Assembly: GCF_009834535.1 (NCBI RefSeq)
Contig: NC_045696.1
Coordinates: 18,230,001-18,294,000, forward strand
DNA: 64,000 bases
Direction of reading: 5' to 3'
DNA from: Camelus ferus
Taxonomy: Eukaryota
Both the position numbers and the translations under genes were made by a program. Below are positions 37,001 to 49,952 of this stretch, one piece after another (the stretch's first letter is position 1; every line of letters starts with the position of its first letter). The notes beneath the pieces are model-generated. The model did no database searches. It had not been told where the DNA came from and worked only from the letters and a program-made list of their open reading frames with translations.

Positions 37001-39030
37001 ATTTCTTTTGTTCACATGATTGAAATTCTCTGTTTATAATTTAAAATAAAGTCTCATTACACACAGTTTGATTTGCTTGACATTAATTTGACTGTTGAGA
37101 AAACAATTCCCCAGAGCACAGAGTGAGGCATACTATTATGAGATAAGGTGATTATTAGGTCAGTTAAAAACTAAAATGAAAGACCATTTCACTTGCAGGG
37201 ACTTTTCTTAGCTGGAATAATTAGGCTAGGTTGAAAGCAGCAGTTTGGTTTGCAATTGCCTTCTAGAAAGCTCAATTTCTTAGCTCAATTTTCTGCTGAG
37301 TCATTGCATGACAGGAAAGCCTAGTGACTTGAGTACCACAATTTCTTCATCAAATGCCAATAAAATTAAGATATTTTTAAAGAAACCCCAGTGGATTTAG
37401 GTTCTATGTACAGTCCTTGTAGACAAACACAGACTCACCATCAATTCTCGTCACCATCAACTATCCTGATTCTAGTGATGAGTATTGATGCTTTTGAGCC
37501 TCCAAGAAGTTAATCTGTCTCAGCTGACTCTCTGGGGGTACTCAGTGGGAGCATAGCAGTGTGCCTCTGTGGAGCCTCACCTGTCTACAAGGTGCATTAA
37601 TTTATAAATGACTTACATACTTCTAGAAATTGATTCTCAAAGACCCTGTAGAATAAACAGAGATCAGTGACCAGCAGAGGTTATAGACCTGCTAAAAATG
37701 GGCCTTTATATATCTTCTATGATATTTTCATGTTTCCACATTACTTTCACATTTTTTCACAACTTCTATATCCTTTTGACCCCCAAGCACATTTATTTTT
37801 AGGACTACATAATACCCTCTTACTAGTGAGATGGATTAAGGCCAATGGTTTTATAGCTCAAGCACAGGGGAGAGAATATTTTTTTGTTCCTAAAACTTTA
37901 TCCTTAAAGTCTCTTGCTCACTTTCCTGACATAGTAACAACCAATGAAGCATGTTTCTTCTTAATCTAGCCTCCAAATTAAATGTCCTTCTTGGTGGTTT
38001 AGCACTTATAGATAATGAAAAATTACTCAGCATAACCCATGTAATTGTTCTGGTTTAAACATGATACTTCAGGTAGAAAATAAATTTAAAATGCAGTAAT
38101 TGAGACTTGATATTCATAACATCTCTGTAAAGCAAAAGCCTTTAAGTAAATAAATCAATAGCTGCATTTAAAATAATTTGTGTTAGGGTGAAATGGACAT
38201 TCTTATTCACCTCATTATAGTAGAAACAGCCTGTCTGCACACATACATTCACTGGAGGGCAGGTGCAGTGTCAATCTGATTTTAAAATGTAAGGTATAGC
38301 TCAAAACATGACAAATGATATGGATTAAAGCATGAAAGTATGAAATGTTTGACCTGTTGGATATCAATAAACTATTAAAAATTCAAAAAAGTTTAGAATA
38401 TAAAAGTCAAGTTTACTTTAAAGCAAATGACAGAAAACCGTTATCTCATAACATGTATTTAAATAACAGTTATTTAAAAAATAGTGAAATTAAGGGCAAG
38501 ATTCCATGCGTAAATAAAATATAATTCCAAACAACCTCCAAAGGAGTTATCACAAACCAAAACTTATTCCCAGCAAATGAAAACATTAAAAAAAAAATTC
38601 TATAAACAAACATTTTTCTAGCTTTCTCAAGCAAAATTCAATTAAAATTAGCCTTTCACAGGTTTAAGCTTTTCCCTTATTTCATTGGATGTTTAGAACT
38701 GCCCAAATGGGCACTAGAAGGCCTGCCATGAAATGACTCTACCCTATCTGCAGACTACCACCCAAAAGCCATCTCTAGTCTCACCTCTGGAGTCATGGGG
38801 ACTGGAGCATAAGCCACCATCCCCAAACTCTGATGGAGCCCTTGACATTGTACTGACATTGTACTGCAGTATCCTAGCACCTTGTGATGATTTCTCTCTT
38901 AAATATCCATAGTCATGCACTGTTTCCACTCACATGTAAATAGGAGTGAAGACAGCAAAAAATAGGTAAAGCCCACATACTCTATTCAGCTTTTCTGTGT
39001 TTCTTTCAAATTCCTGTTCACCATAGACAG

Positions 39031-39078
39031 GTGTGTGTGTGTGTGTGTGTGTGTGTCTGTGTGTGTCTGTGTCTGTGT
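39031..39078. repeat. (TG)n microsatellite with tc interruptions
   Basis: gtgtgtgtgtgtgtgtgtgtgtgtgtctgtgtgtgtctgtgtctgtgt. Confidence 0.95.
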
Positions 39079-41264
39079 AGAAAAAAAAACTTCCTGTTGT
39101 GGAAAAGCTGTCAACTTCCATATTGTTTTCCAGATCTATCGTATATGTCAAGTCCTGGACCCACCAGACAATATAAGCTTCTCTGTTGTCTCTTTCCTTT
39201 CTAGCTGACAGTGGTCTGTTGTCTCTTTCATTGTGAAAATGTAAGTTAAGGGTGGAGAAGGAAGGCTGTAAATGGAGAGGCTGTTAAAAGGAAAAAAATA
39301 ACATACACATACATATCAAATAATCTTTAATATCATCATACCACATGTTAAATATAAAACTAGGTATTAACTCCTCATGTTTAGAAGTCTTATTTGATAA
39401 CATGAATAAATTAACATTAAAATTCTAAAAATCAATATTAGCCATTCTAATTTCATTGAAGAACATACCATGGATTATATTTCATCAACAAAAACACATC
39501 AGCTATGTTTTGTTTTAGTAACTTTTCTATTTTACTTATTCTTAACTTCTTTTGATTTTGAGCATAACAGATATTTTTGAGTAATTATTATTGCTATTTT
39601 CATTTACTTTTCCTGGGAAAAATAAATTAACTTTAAACAGAAACTTATTTTTGGATCAATCGCTTTGGAGGAAATCAACATAATTGTACATACAAAAATA
39701 GCACTAAAAATCCTACTTAACAACAAAAATGGTAACTTACTTATGGTCCAATATATTCACCATTATATTAAAATAAGACTTTCATTTTAATGATTATTTG
39801 GCACAAACATGATGTGATGATGTGTACTCACAAGCGAAAATATGAAAGCAGAATTTATACTGTGTTTCTACAAATATATCTATAAACATGGTACATATTC
39901 ACACATAGAAATATGTCCAACATAAGAAAACAATTTTTATTTTGCATGAAGAAATTATTGATCCTCAAAATGGCTAATCCTCATTCGCTTTGATGATATT
40001 GTACCAAATTGATGTAAAATATCAAAACAAGCCCTGAATTTTTGTAAGGAGATGACTGACTGCCTAGGAGCAAGCCCATAACTTGTACTCAGAAATAGTG
40101 CTGATTTCTTTTCTTAACTAAACAAATAGGTCTTTACTATGTCCTTCCTCCCTACTTCTCCCTTCCTCTTTTTCTCCTGTCTTCCTTTCTTCCTTCTGTC
40201 CTTCCTTCCTTCCAACAAAGACCTATTAACTACTTTTCTTTGCAGATACTCCCCTTATCATTGGGAAAAACATTGATGTATACAACCGAATTCTCTTCCT
40301 GCTCTGTTAACAATCATTTATCTAAAACTTTTCACTAGGCACAGAGAGGAATGAAAATCCTACAGTCTCTTTCTAATTGTATCATCATGGTAGTCTAGAA
40401 ACCAAGTCACAGAAATCATATATATATGATTATATATGGGGATAAATGATATGTTTATGTTTATCTACAAGCCTAATACCTGAATACATGTATATACCCA
40501 TCTTTTTTGTTTGTTGTGATCCTTGATTTTGACTATCACATTCTCACTCTTCATATTCTGGGAGTTGGGTTTATGGAAGCTGTACTTTTCAATCCAGGCC
40601 CAGCTCCACTTCAGTTAGGTTAAATTTTTTCATGTCTTAGCAAAGAGTTGCCTTAGTTTTTATAGTTACCAATAAATTGGTATATTTCCATCGCTTTTGT
40701 GGTGATGACCTCATGGAAGGAAATGACCTTAGATTATCAATTAACTTCAGAAATATGCTCATTTCCCTAGAATTTTAGTTCATCAACTCTTGTTTCTTTC
40801 ATGGCTCTCTGGTGCATTAAAATTGTGATACTAGTAACTTATCTATATTCCTAGCCAGGATGGAAAGTCCCTGATAATCAATAAGGAATTAATGGTGTAT
40901 AAATATTAGAGTTAGATATGCAGAGGGAGCTGCTTTTATGAAGAAAGTTATTCAATACTGTTCAATTCCTAAGAGCTGAAGGGTAGAATGAGAGGAATGG
41001 AGAATCTATCTAGATTACCGTTAATATTTCATGACTATGGGGAGCATAAGAAGCATGTGATTATGCCACTTCAATGGCCTCCTTTGGGTCATTTTCACCA
41101 ACTGCCTGTTTGTAAAGCTTTCTTGTCTAAGAAAAAATAAAAAACTGTACTCAAATCCCCATTATATTCCAAACTAGTTCTATGATATTGAGAAAATAAT
41201 TTAATGTATCAGACCCTCAGTTTAGTCATCTGAAAAAATCGGCATGATCAGCTCATTTCTACCT

Positions 41265-41780
41265 GGATTCTTTTCCCATAGCTGTGTAATAAATTGCCTA
41301 AACACTTAGTGTTTAAGACAATTAATAAAGATGATATTTCAGAGTTTCTATTGACAAACACTAGGGTGCAGTTTAGCTGACTGGTTGTGAATCAGGTTTT
41401 CTGCTGGGACTACAGAGTAGGTTTTTGACTGGGGCTTCTATCATCTGAGTGCTTATCTAGGATCAGAAGATCCGCTATCAAGGTGGCTCATTCACATGCC
41501 TGGCAAACTGATGAGCTTGTGGCCAGGAGAACTCAGTTATTGACTAGTAATCTGGATTTCTTCACAGCTGCATGTGTCCTCGTAACATGGTAGATGACTT
41601 CCCCCAGAGTGAGTGATTCAGGAGAATTTAAAGTGAAGCCTTGATATCTTTTACAACTTGGCCTTGGGAGTCAGAGGACACCATTTCTGCCATATCCTAC
41701 TGCATATATGGGCCAGTCACAGTCCTTCAGGGCCTAAAAGAGAATAACCAGAGTCAGGGATCATTTAGGACTACACTGTC
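41265..41780 (-). mobile_element. MaLR LTR (MLT1H-like) inserted in a MIR
   Basis: gctgtgtaataaattgcctaaacacttagtg..atcaaggtggctcattcacatgcctggcaaactg..ttcccccagagtgagtgattc; MIR core immediately upstream (ctcagtttagtcatctgaaaaaat). Confidence 0.75.
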
Positions 41781-42949
41781 AAACTCAGGGAAAGTTTGTG
41801 AGACTCCAATATGATAAGGGATATGGAATTCTCTGAAAGGATAAATTTTCCATGATGAAAATGACTAGGGTACCAGAGAAGAATGTGTATATTCATATAT
41901 ATATGAATATACATAGTACAAAGTATATACACAAATATATTATTGTGATAAAATAAATGCTATTCTTAAACCATCTTCTCACATTTTTAAAATACAGAGA
42001 ACAATTAAAAGTATAGATTGAGTTGAACTGAAAGTATCTGGATGTGAAAATCTGAAGTGATATGAATCAGAACAATTAAAAGAATATATTTAAGGTCAGT
42101 TCTCCAGCGAAACATATTTTTGGTTCAGTTGTTGACCTTTATTTTTAATTTTATTTTCCAATTCATTTCTGCTATATTAAAGTTGAGGCACTTGGCACAT
42201 AATTATTTTTTTTTTCCAGAAGCACACATATAAAAATATGCATATTATATATAGTTGTATGAAGAGACGTACATGAGTATACTGTGGCTTATAAAAGATC
42301 ACAGGATAGCTGGTCTTGTACAATGTAACAAAACAACCCCTTTTCTGATGGAAGTCAATACATAAACAAACAAGACCTAGAAAGTTAATACGTAATTTGA
42401 TGAAAAGTGCACATCATATAATAAAACTACAATTGCAACAATAACAGCAGTTACTTAAAGTCATTGAATGCTGCATGAGAGAAAACTTGCTTTGAGTTTT
42501 ATTTTTAAACCCATAAATTTATTTTATTAATACTCATAAATCTAAGAGGCAAGCTTTAACTCTTCATTCTTGAACAGAATATAATTTTCTTTAGAAAGTT
42601 GAAATTATTTGCCTGTGGGTTCATAACTATTTAGTACCAACAGTAGAAGTTAATGCATGAGTGCATTGGTATCACAATACAAAGCTTTTTAAACTTTTTT
42701 CTTTATTCCAAGGCTTTGTTCTAGGTTGTTGGAAAGAAATAGTTATTCTTGTAAATAAACTGTTGAAAAATGTTAATCATTTATGGACTTAATATATGTG
42801 AATTTTAATTTCTAAAATATCAAACTGTAAGCTACTTGTAGTAACAGGACATCTAAAAACTGGGAGCAGAGAGGTCCAATGGAAAATTATTACACACCTT
42901 TAATAAGACATGATGAAGGCCTGACTTAGAGCAGTGAGATACAGTTAAC

Positions 42950-43170
42950 AATAATAAAAACACTTACATATTACTTGCAATATTACAAGCACTGTTCTAA
43001 ATGCTTTGTACATATTGTTTTGTCTATTCCTCATAATAGTACAATAAAATAAGTATTATCATTATTCTGATTTTTTTCTTATAAAGAAACAAAAGCACAG
43101 AATGGTTGAACTTAACCTAAGTTCCACAGGCATGGATTCAAGCTGTTCCACCTGTAGACTGTGAAATCTG
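42950..43170 (-). mobile_element. MIR SINE
   Basis: aagcactgttctaaatgctttgtacat..tcctcataatag..aagtattatcattatt..aaagaaacaaaagcacagaatggttg. Confidence 0.65.
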
Positions 43171-46100
43171 TCTGTTAAAAAACACAAAAGTGACTTTTTA
43201 GATGCATGAAAAGAGACAAGATTAAGACACTGAATACAGTCTGGTAATGACTTGAGGCCTGTTATCAAAATTTCCTAAAAGGGTTTATTCCCCCTAAAAT
43301 AAGGAACAGCCAGAATGTAACCGTAGATTTTTATTTTGACACAGGAAAAAAAAAAAAACCTATTCATTTATAACATATATTTATCTTGCAAATGCTAAAA
43401 CTGTGGGCTTCAACAAATCGTATTTTCTCTGATTCAATTAAAAAATCAAACTCTGGGGAATCGATACATTAATTGATATCTTCCTATTTTGAAGGGTTTA
43501 ATTGATGGTGTGATATTTAGCGTAAAATTAGTAGGCTACGAAAATTTGGCAGCCATATTCAAACCTGTCCTACTGACATATTACAGATGCTGACAATTGC
43601 AAATTCAACAAAAACAATACAAACATTTTTTTGTGACATCTGTTTAGCTTTACAAAACATTTTTTACCAATGTACCTAAATGTAGTCTATAATGAATGAC
43701 TCTTCAAACAAATGTATAATTCGCTAAATATTGAGATTTTACTTAAACATTTGAAAAAATTATATACAAGAAAGCAAATGCATTTTCAGGGGAATAAAAA
43801 ACCTTTCCATTATGTAGTTTCCTATATTACACATGAAGCATCCAAACTATTATCAAAATGTAGTTTCAACCTAATCCAAGACAATTTAATTTAATTGGAC
43901 ACATATTTATCCTGCTGACATGGTGTATGCTTCACTATAATCTGCTCATCTGACATAAATGAAGATAGTAGTTATGGAATAAAACACTGAGGCTCTAATT
44001 GTGGGGATCTAGAAGAATACAGTCTAACAGCTTAAAAATATCACTAAAAAAGGAAATAAAGGCAATCTCAATGTTTGAGGAAACATTTTTTATATATTGA
44101 GTTTTCTTTCTTTCTTTTACAATTATTATCTTTTCATTCATTCCCTTATTTACAACTCTTTTTGAGTATCAATTATATTTCTGAAATGTGCCTGATGCTA
44201 GTAATTTAGTGTAATCAAAGAGACTTTGTCTAGGCCTCCACAACTTTTAATGTCCAGGAGTCATTCAATATTATGTCCTGGTAATTTATAATGGTTAATT
44301 TCAAGTTTAAACTTCTCTTTAAATCAACGGATAACATGTATTTATATCATATTATACATATATATATATATATATATACACACTCATATATACGTGTGTG
44401 TGTATGTATAAGATATTATATATTATATAATAAAGGCAAACAGATGCTTTTACTCATAAGAATAAATTGATAACATTCCTCAAAATAAGGTATGGGTTTT
44501 GATTGATGGGTCAATATTCCCAAAGAACCTAGCTACAGATCCAATCACTTTGTTGGTAAAGAAATAAGACAAAATTATTGGTGTTGGAAGAATAAAAATA
44601 AAAAGCAAAATACAAGGCTCTGGTTTTATACTTCTTCCTTTGCTAAATCCTTAAGTATGATTTGTAGGTTTCCATACAACTTAGAAGCTGTCACATGGTG
44701 AGGATATAACTGAATGTGACTTTCCACACCGGAGAGACGAATGCCCCCAGGGTGAGGCCTTTGGTCCTCGGGGCCCAGAGAGACCAGGAAGAGAGTGACA
44801 AGAGAGTGTCCCTGCCACTCAAGCCAAAAGTGAAGGAGGGAAAGCAGATCCAAACTGAGTTTTTGACAATGTCACATATTACAACTTTCTTTTTTTAATA
44901 CATTTATATTTTTGAATCCTTGCATTAAAAGAGTTAACAGAAGGATTATGATCATCTAGTGCATCCCATAGTTTAGATATCCTCAGGAATAATGGGACAG
45001 GAGGTTATTCCAATAAGGACAATAGTCTACATCTATTACCTGGGACACATGTGTGGGTGCAATGAATTGAGTATTATACCAAATAAGATCTTTAAAAATA
45101 ATTTTTCTTAATGGAAAAATTATAAGAAAAAAGAAAAACAATTTGAAGAACAGAAATTTGTCTTCTGCAATTCCCTAACCCTTGGAAATCTATAATTCCA
45201 AATTGCTTTCAAAGAGATCAAAATCCTGAATAATCGAATAAAAACAGTTGTCTACTTTTTCAGAAGATAAGGAAGAAAAAATATTTCATAAGCACATCTG
45301 AAATATATGCTAGAATGCAAAACCCCCTAACTGTGCTTTTAGTTCTAAAAATTTATCCAGTTCTGAAGCCTGTTATGTTTTTCATTTTCTAATAACCCCT
45401 CTAACTACAGAATGTCATTAATTTTAGATATACTATACGTTTTGAAAATTCCATTAAGCTGATACTTCTGTTTACCATTAATATATTGTCCACTGTAGAT
45501 ATCATTATATGAATTGCATATTAATTTTCCATTTTAATTAAGTAATTTAAAATAACTCTCCATAATAATTCTCTATTTTAATCATGTAAATCATTCAATG
45601 AATACATCATTTCAAGTTTGATAAAGTTATGCTTATTATTTTTAAATAGAATTATTTTATTCTAGTTATAAATTGAATATATGAGCAATGTTGAAGATTC
45701 TGCAAATACAGAAAAACAAATGAATGAAAATCTCTTATAGTACTATTACTCTTCATAGATTAGTGTACCCAATTTCTGTTGAGGTAATTATGAGATTCAA
45801 ATAAAATTGGCTTTAACTCCTTCAGTATCTTTTGTTATTTCTCCTTTTTAGTGCCAAAACCTTGAGTGTTACCTCTACAATGCATCCCAGTGTGCAGCAA
45901 AGTTTTTTGAAAGCAATTATGTAAATGAGAGCTTACTCTAGTGGGTTCATGCAGAAAACAACCAAATTAAATGTCACATCCAGGTACTTGAGTTATTTGG
46001 CATATTCAAAATGGCACTAATTCTCCTTTTAGTAGATCGGCCATTTTTTCCATACTTGGTGCTTTTACAGGAACACGTAATTGTCAGAGATATTGAAGTT

Positions 46101-46199
46101 CCAATCTTTCCTTCTTTTTTTCATACCTTTTAGCATTGAGAATGGAAGGTGACAGATTAGCTTTTCATTACATCACTAATTTACTATATCACAAAATAG

Positions 46200-46650
46200 T
46201 TTACTATATTACTAATTAGACATATATGCATAGATTTTATTTCTGGGCTCTTTATTCTGTTCCACTGATCTATGTGTCTGTTTTTATGCCAATACCAAGC
46301 TATTTTTATTTTTATAGCTTGTAATATAGGTTGAAATCAAGCAGTGCTATACCTCCAGGTTTATTGTTCTTCCTGAAGAGTACATTAGCTATTCTGTTTT
46401 TTTTGAGTTTCCATAAAAATTTTAGGATTGTTCTGTTTCTGTGAAAAATGCCTTTAGAATTTTGATAGGGATTGCATTGACTCTGTAGATTGCTTTGGCT
46501 CTTATGGACATTTTAAATGTTAATTGCTCTAATCCATGAACATGGAATGTCTTTCCATTTATTTGCATCTTCTTCAATTTCTTTCATCAAACATCTATCT
46601 TATAACTTTTATTGTACAGGTCTTTCACCTTCCTTGGTTAAATTTATTTA
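46200..46650 (-). mobile_element. L1 ORF2 3' fragment
   Basis: ttatttctgggctctttattctgttccactgatctatgtgtctgtttttatgccaatacca..gaattttgatagggattgcattga..aatccatgaacatgg. Confidence 0.9.
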
Positions 46651-46914
46651 TTTATTTATCTCTTAATATTTTTAGTGGTGCATTTAAGCATACAAAATCA
46701 TTTTGATAGGTTTTACTATAGAATGTATAGATTTAAATTTTTTTCTATTTTTAAAATTTCACGCTTATAAAATAATTCTGTATTTTTTGAATCTGATGAT
46801 TCAATACTTACATGACTTATCCTTCATTGCTTAATAACTTACTCCATTTGAAATAATTTTACTACATGCTGTAAAAATAATGAATGTCAGGTAGGGTTAA
46901 GGACAAACACCATA

Positions 46915-47240
46915 AAATGATATGCTCCAGGTTCAGAAAAGAAAACAATGGAACCAATAAAAAAAAAAAAAAGAAGAAATAGATTCACAGTTACAACTAG
47001 TAGTCAACAGAAAGGTGGGAGTGGGAGGTTGGGTAGGTGAAGAGGATTAAAAGGTACAGTCTACCAATTATGTTAAAAAATAAGTCACAGGGATGTAATG
47101 TACAGCACAGGGATTATAGTTAATATTATAATAATTTTGTATCATACATAATCTATGAAAATATCAAATCACTATGTTGTATACCTGAAACTAACAAGTC
47201 AATGGTACTCCAATTAGGAAAAAAAGGAGAGAAAATAAAT
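46915..47240 (+). mobile_element. L1MA9-like 3' end
   Basis: ggtgaagaggattaaaaggtaca..aataagtcacagggatgtaatgtacagcacaggg..aatcactatgttgtatacctgaaactaa. Confidence 0.8.
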
Positions 47241-48335
47241 GGAAAGATGAAAAGAAAAAGATAAAAATTTACAGGCATAGGTCTGTCAGGATTCTAGACT
47301 CTTGGTGATTCCCAAGACTCTTGACTTCTCATAAATAGGTAACCTTGGACCTGGGAGATTGATTGGGCTATGCATTAGGAGGGGGGCATCAAATACACTT
47401 GGAAAGAGAGGGAAAGTAGGAACATAGACTAAGCCAGAAGATGCTGAACTTTGCAATCAAGTTTACAGTCTTGGTGTGAAAATCATACAGTTTCTAGATG
47501 CTAAATACTTGACAAATTTGCACATCAGGCTTGGTTTTAGGTCATTAGGTCAAAGGAGACTTAGCTGGTCATTGCTAGGCTACTTGAGGGGCAACATCCA
47601 GAGACACCATGGACAAATACTGCTTTTTTTTCATGACAGTGGTTCTATTATGATGTTTCTTCCAAGATCTTCACCAATATCCCCATGCCATTTATGTATT
47701 TTTAAAATCAGTTCCTTTTCTTGAAATGTGATTTAAAATCATTCACGAAAAGTGCATATGCCTATCCTTATGTGTATTAAAATATTTGGTGGTGGTGGAG
47801 AAGACTGCTAATCTGTTCTATCCGATCCATACCAGTGTAATATGGTGTTAAGCAGTGTATGTTCATAGTAAGTGTCACTATCTGATGGGACATGCCCTCA
47901 CTTTAAGCTCTCATTATTCAGATTTTCTGAAATTATCAATACTTTTATATTTAATCAGATAAAATTACTTCCTGACAGAGCATTCTAAGTCACTTGAATA
48001 TATTTTAGCAATAAAAGCTCAGGACCAATTTGGATAACACAATGCTAATTGCAGACAAGGTACTGAAGTTCTGTTCTTGTAAGTAATGCACCTTTCACAT
48101 ATATCTAGAGCTTTTCATCCTAAGGCATTGTGGCAGTTCAACAGGAGAGTCTGGCCTAGTGGTTAAAACATAGGAAAGGGTGGTTTAAAGGATGTATGAG
48201 TTTGGAAGAGAGAGCTAAAATCCCTAAGTCATAGGGAACACAGCTTAGAATGCCAGACTGAATAAATGTACTTACATTAGTTCCCTAGAGGAACCTCATT
48301 GAAATTCTAAAAACAGGGAATGGTATTAACTGGAC

Positions 48336-48360
48336 AAAAAAAAAAAAAAAAAAAAAAAAA
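48336..48360. repeat. Poly(A) tract, ~25 nt
   Basis: Uninterrupted A run. Confidence 0.9.
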
Positions 48361-48453
48361 CTAACTTTTTTTTTTAATATGAATGTTAAAATAAGATTGG
48401 TAGAAAAAGTTGGTATCAACTTAATGTAGACTAAAGAGGGACTGCTTATAGAA

Positions 48454-48494
<41 letters not shown>
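48454..48494. repeat. (ATG)n trinucleotide microsatellite, ~13 perfect units
   Basis: atgatgatg...gat. Confidence 0.95.
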
Positions 48495-49144
48495 ATTTCA
48501 AATTGAATCCTAGAAAAATCTATAAACTCATTGAACAGACTGATATCAAAGAGACCATGGTTAAACTAGTGGGATTATTTATGGAAGCATAAAATGATGT
48601 GGATCATTCCCTTAATTAGTGCACAAAGGGCGATTAAAAGAAGAATCTTGCCTGCAGATAAGCTGATGGGCTGGGGATGGGAGGTTCTCTGCTCAAATAA
48701 AGAATGTGCTATGGGATTTTGCTAAGAAGGATTCAGGGAGACTTTTGTCTCCTCCCCTACAATGCAGAAAGCTACATGCTCCCAACTGGCTGTGCTCCTG
48801 GGTGTGTCCTGAGAGCAGAGAGGTCTGTGCCCAGCATGGTGCCTAAGAGAACCAGTTTTCTGGCACTGCTGAATCTGTGGAATGTACATGTGCTCTCAAA
48901 GTACCCACTTGGGAGGCAGAAAATACCACCAAGGTGGGCAGGGCACTGGGTAGAAATGATTCTGTAGATGTTTACTGCAAGATCAGCACTGCCCAATTAA
49001 AATACAATGACAAAGAGCCAGACTAACTACAAATACACAAATTTGTTTTGAACCCATTGAAAATTGGAGGTGAGCCTGTAAATAACTTGATCAAAATCTA
49101 AGGAGAGTTGGTGCCAATGGGAAGAAAAGAGGCGCGAGCACATG

Positions 49145-49952
49145 TGTGGGTTTGTCACCAGTTGTGGGTTCTGGCCGGCAGAAGTCCTACCAAGATGGAA
49201 TGAATTACTCAAGACTCTGGAAAAAGTCAAGAGAGTGAGAGGGAGTCGGGAGCCAACTCCACGAACCTCTCAGATGCTCCCGCATTTATTGTGTACAATC
49301 AAAGGAGAAGTCACTGACAGTTGTGTGATGGAATTCAGGAATTTAGGGAAAGACAAGGTGGGACTGAGATTGTAGAGTCTGGCTCAAGGTCAGAAGACCT
49401 TTCATGTTTTGGTAAATCATGTTTGTGTTGGCACCAGCGAGCCTACAGCTTATCAGGGAGGGACGTATAAGAAGCAGCTGCTTAACAACATTTTCCTTGG
49501 ACTCAGGTGTCTGAGTCTGTCTTAGGTTGCACCCCTCTGGGGATCTTACCCATCATTGTCTAACCAGCCTTCTCACCTCTGAGTCTGCAGCTTTTTATAA
49601 CTTGTTTACCATTCCAGCCCAAGACTCGTTCCTTTGTTCCCACAATTGGGGGCCTACAGTTTATCTTTAGGGAAGTCAAGGGAAGAGGGGAACAAGATAC
49701 ATTCTTATAGATATGTTAAAGCAGACCACCAGAACAGCCAGTTCTTTGTTTTGGGGATAGAAGACTATCTAACAGCAGGCACACCCAGCATTTATAGCCG
49801 AGGGCCTGGGTGCTTGCTTTGCAAAGAGCAGAGTGCTATCTAAAATCTCAACTATGCAAGCAAGGCAGTTACTAAGCACATTTGCTCTTCTTTAAGGAGA
49901 CAAGGCGGCTGGAGTCTGTTACAATTTGTTAACCCAATCATGGGCTCCCACA
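49145..49952 (-). mobile_element. Young solo LTR, 808 bp, probably class II (ERVK/betaretrovirus-like)
   Basis: TGTGGG...CCCACA inverted termini; perfect 6-bp TSD cacatg at 49139-49144 and 49953-49958; AATAAA on the minus strand (tttatt ~49285); several CpGs retained. Confidence 0.85.

Noticed and set aside
48454..48494. Poly-Asp/Met coding repeat or C/D-box motifs
   Set aside because: Simple (ATG)n microsatellite outside any ORF
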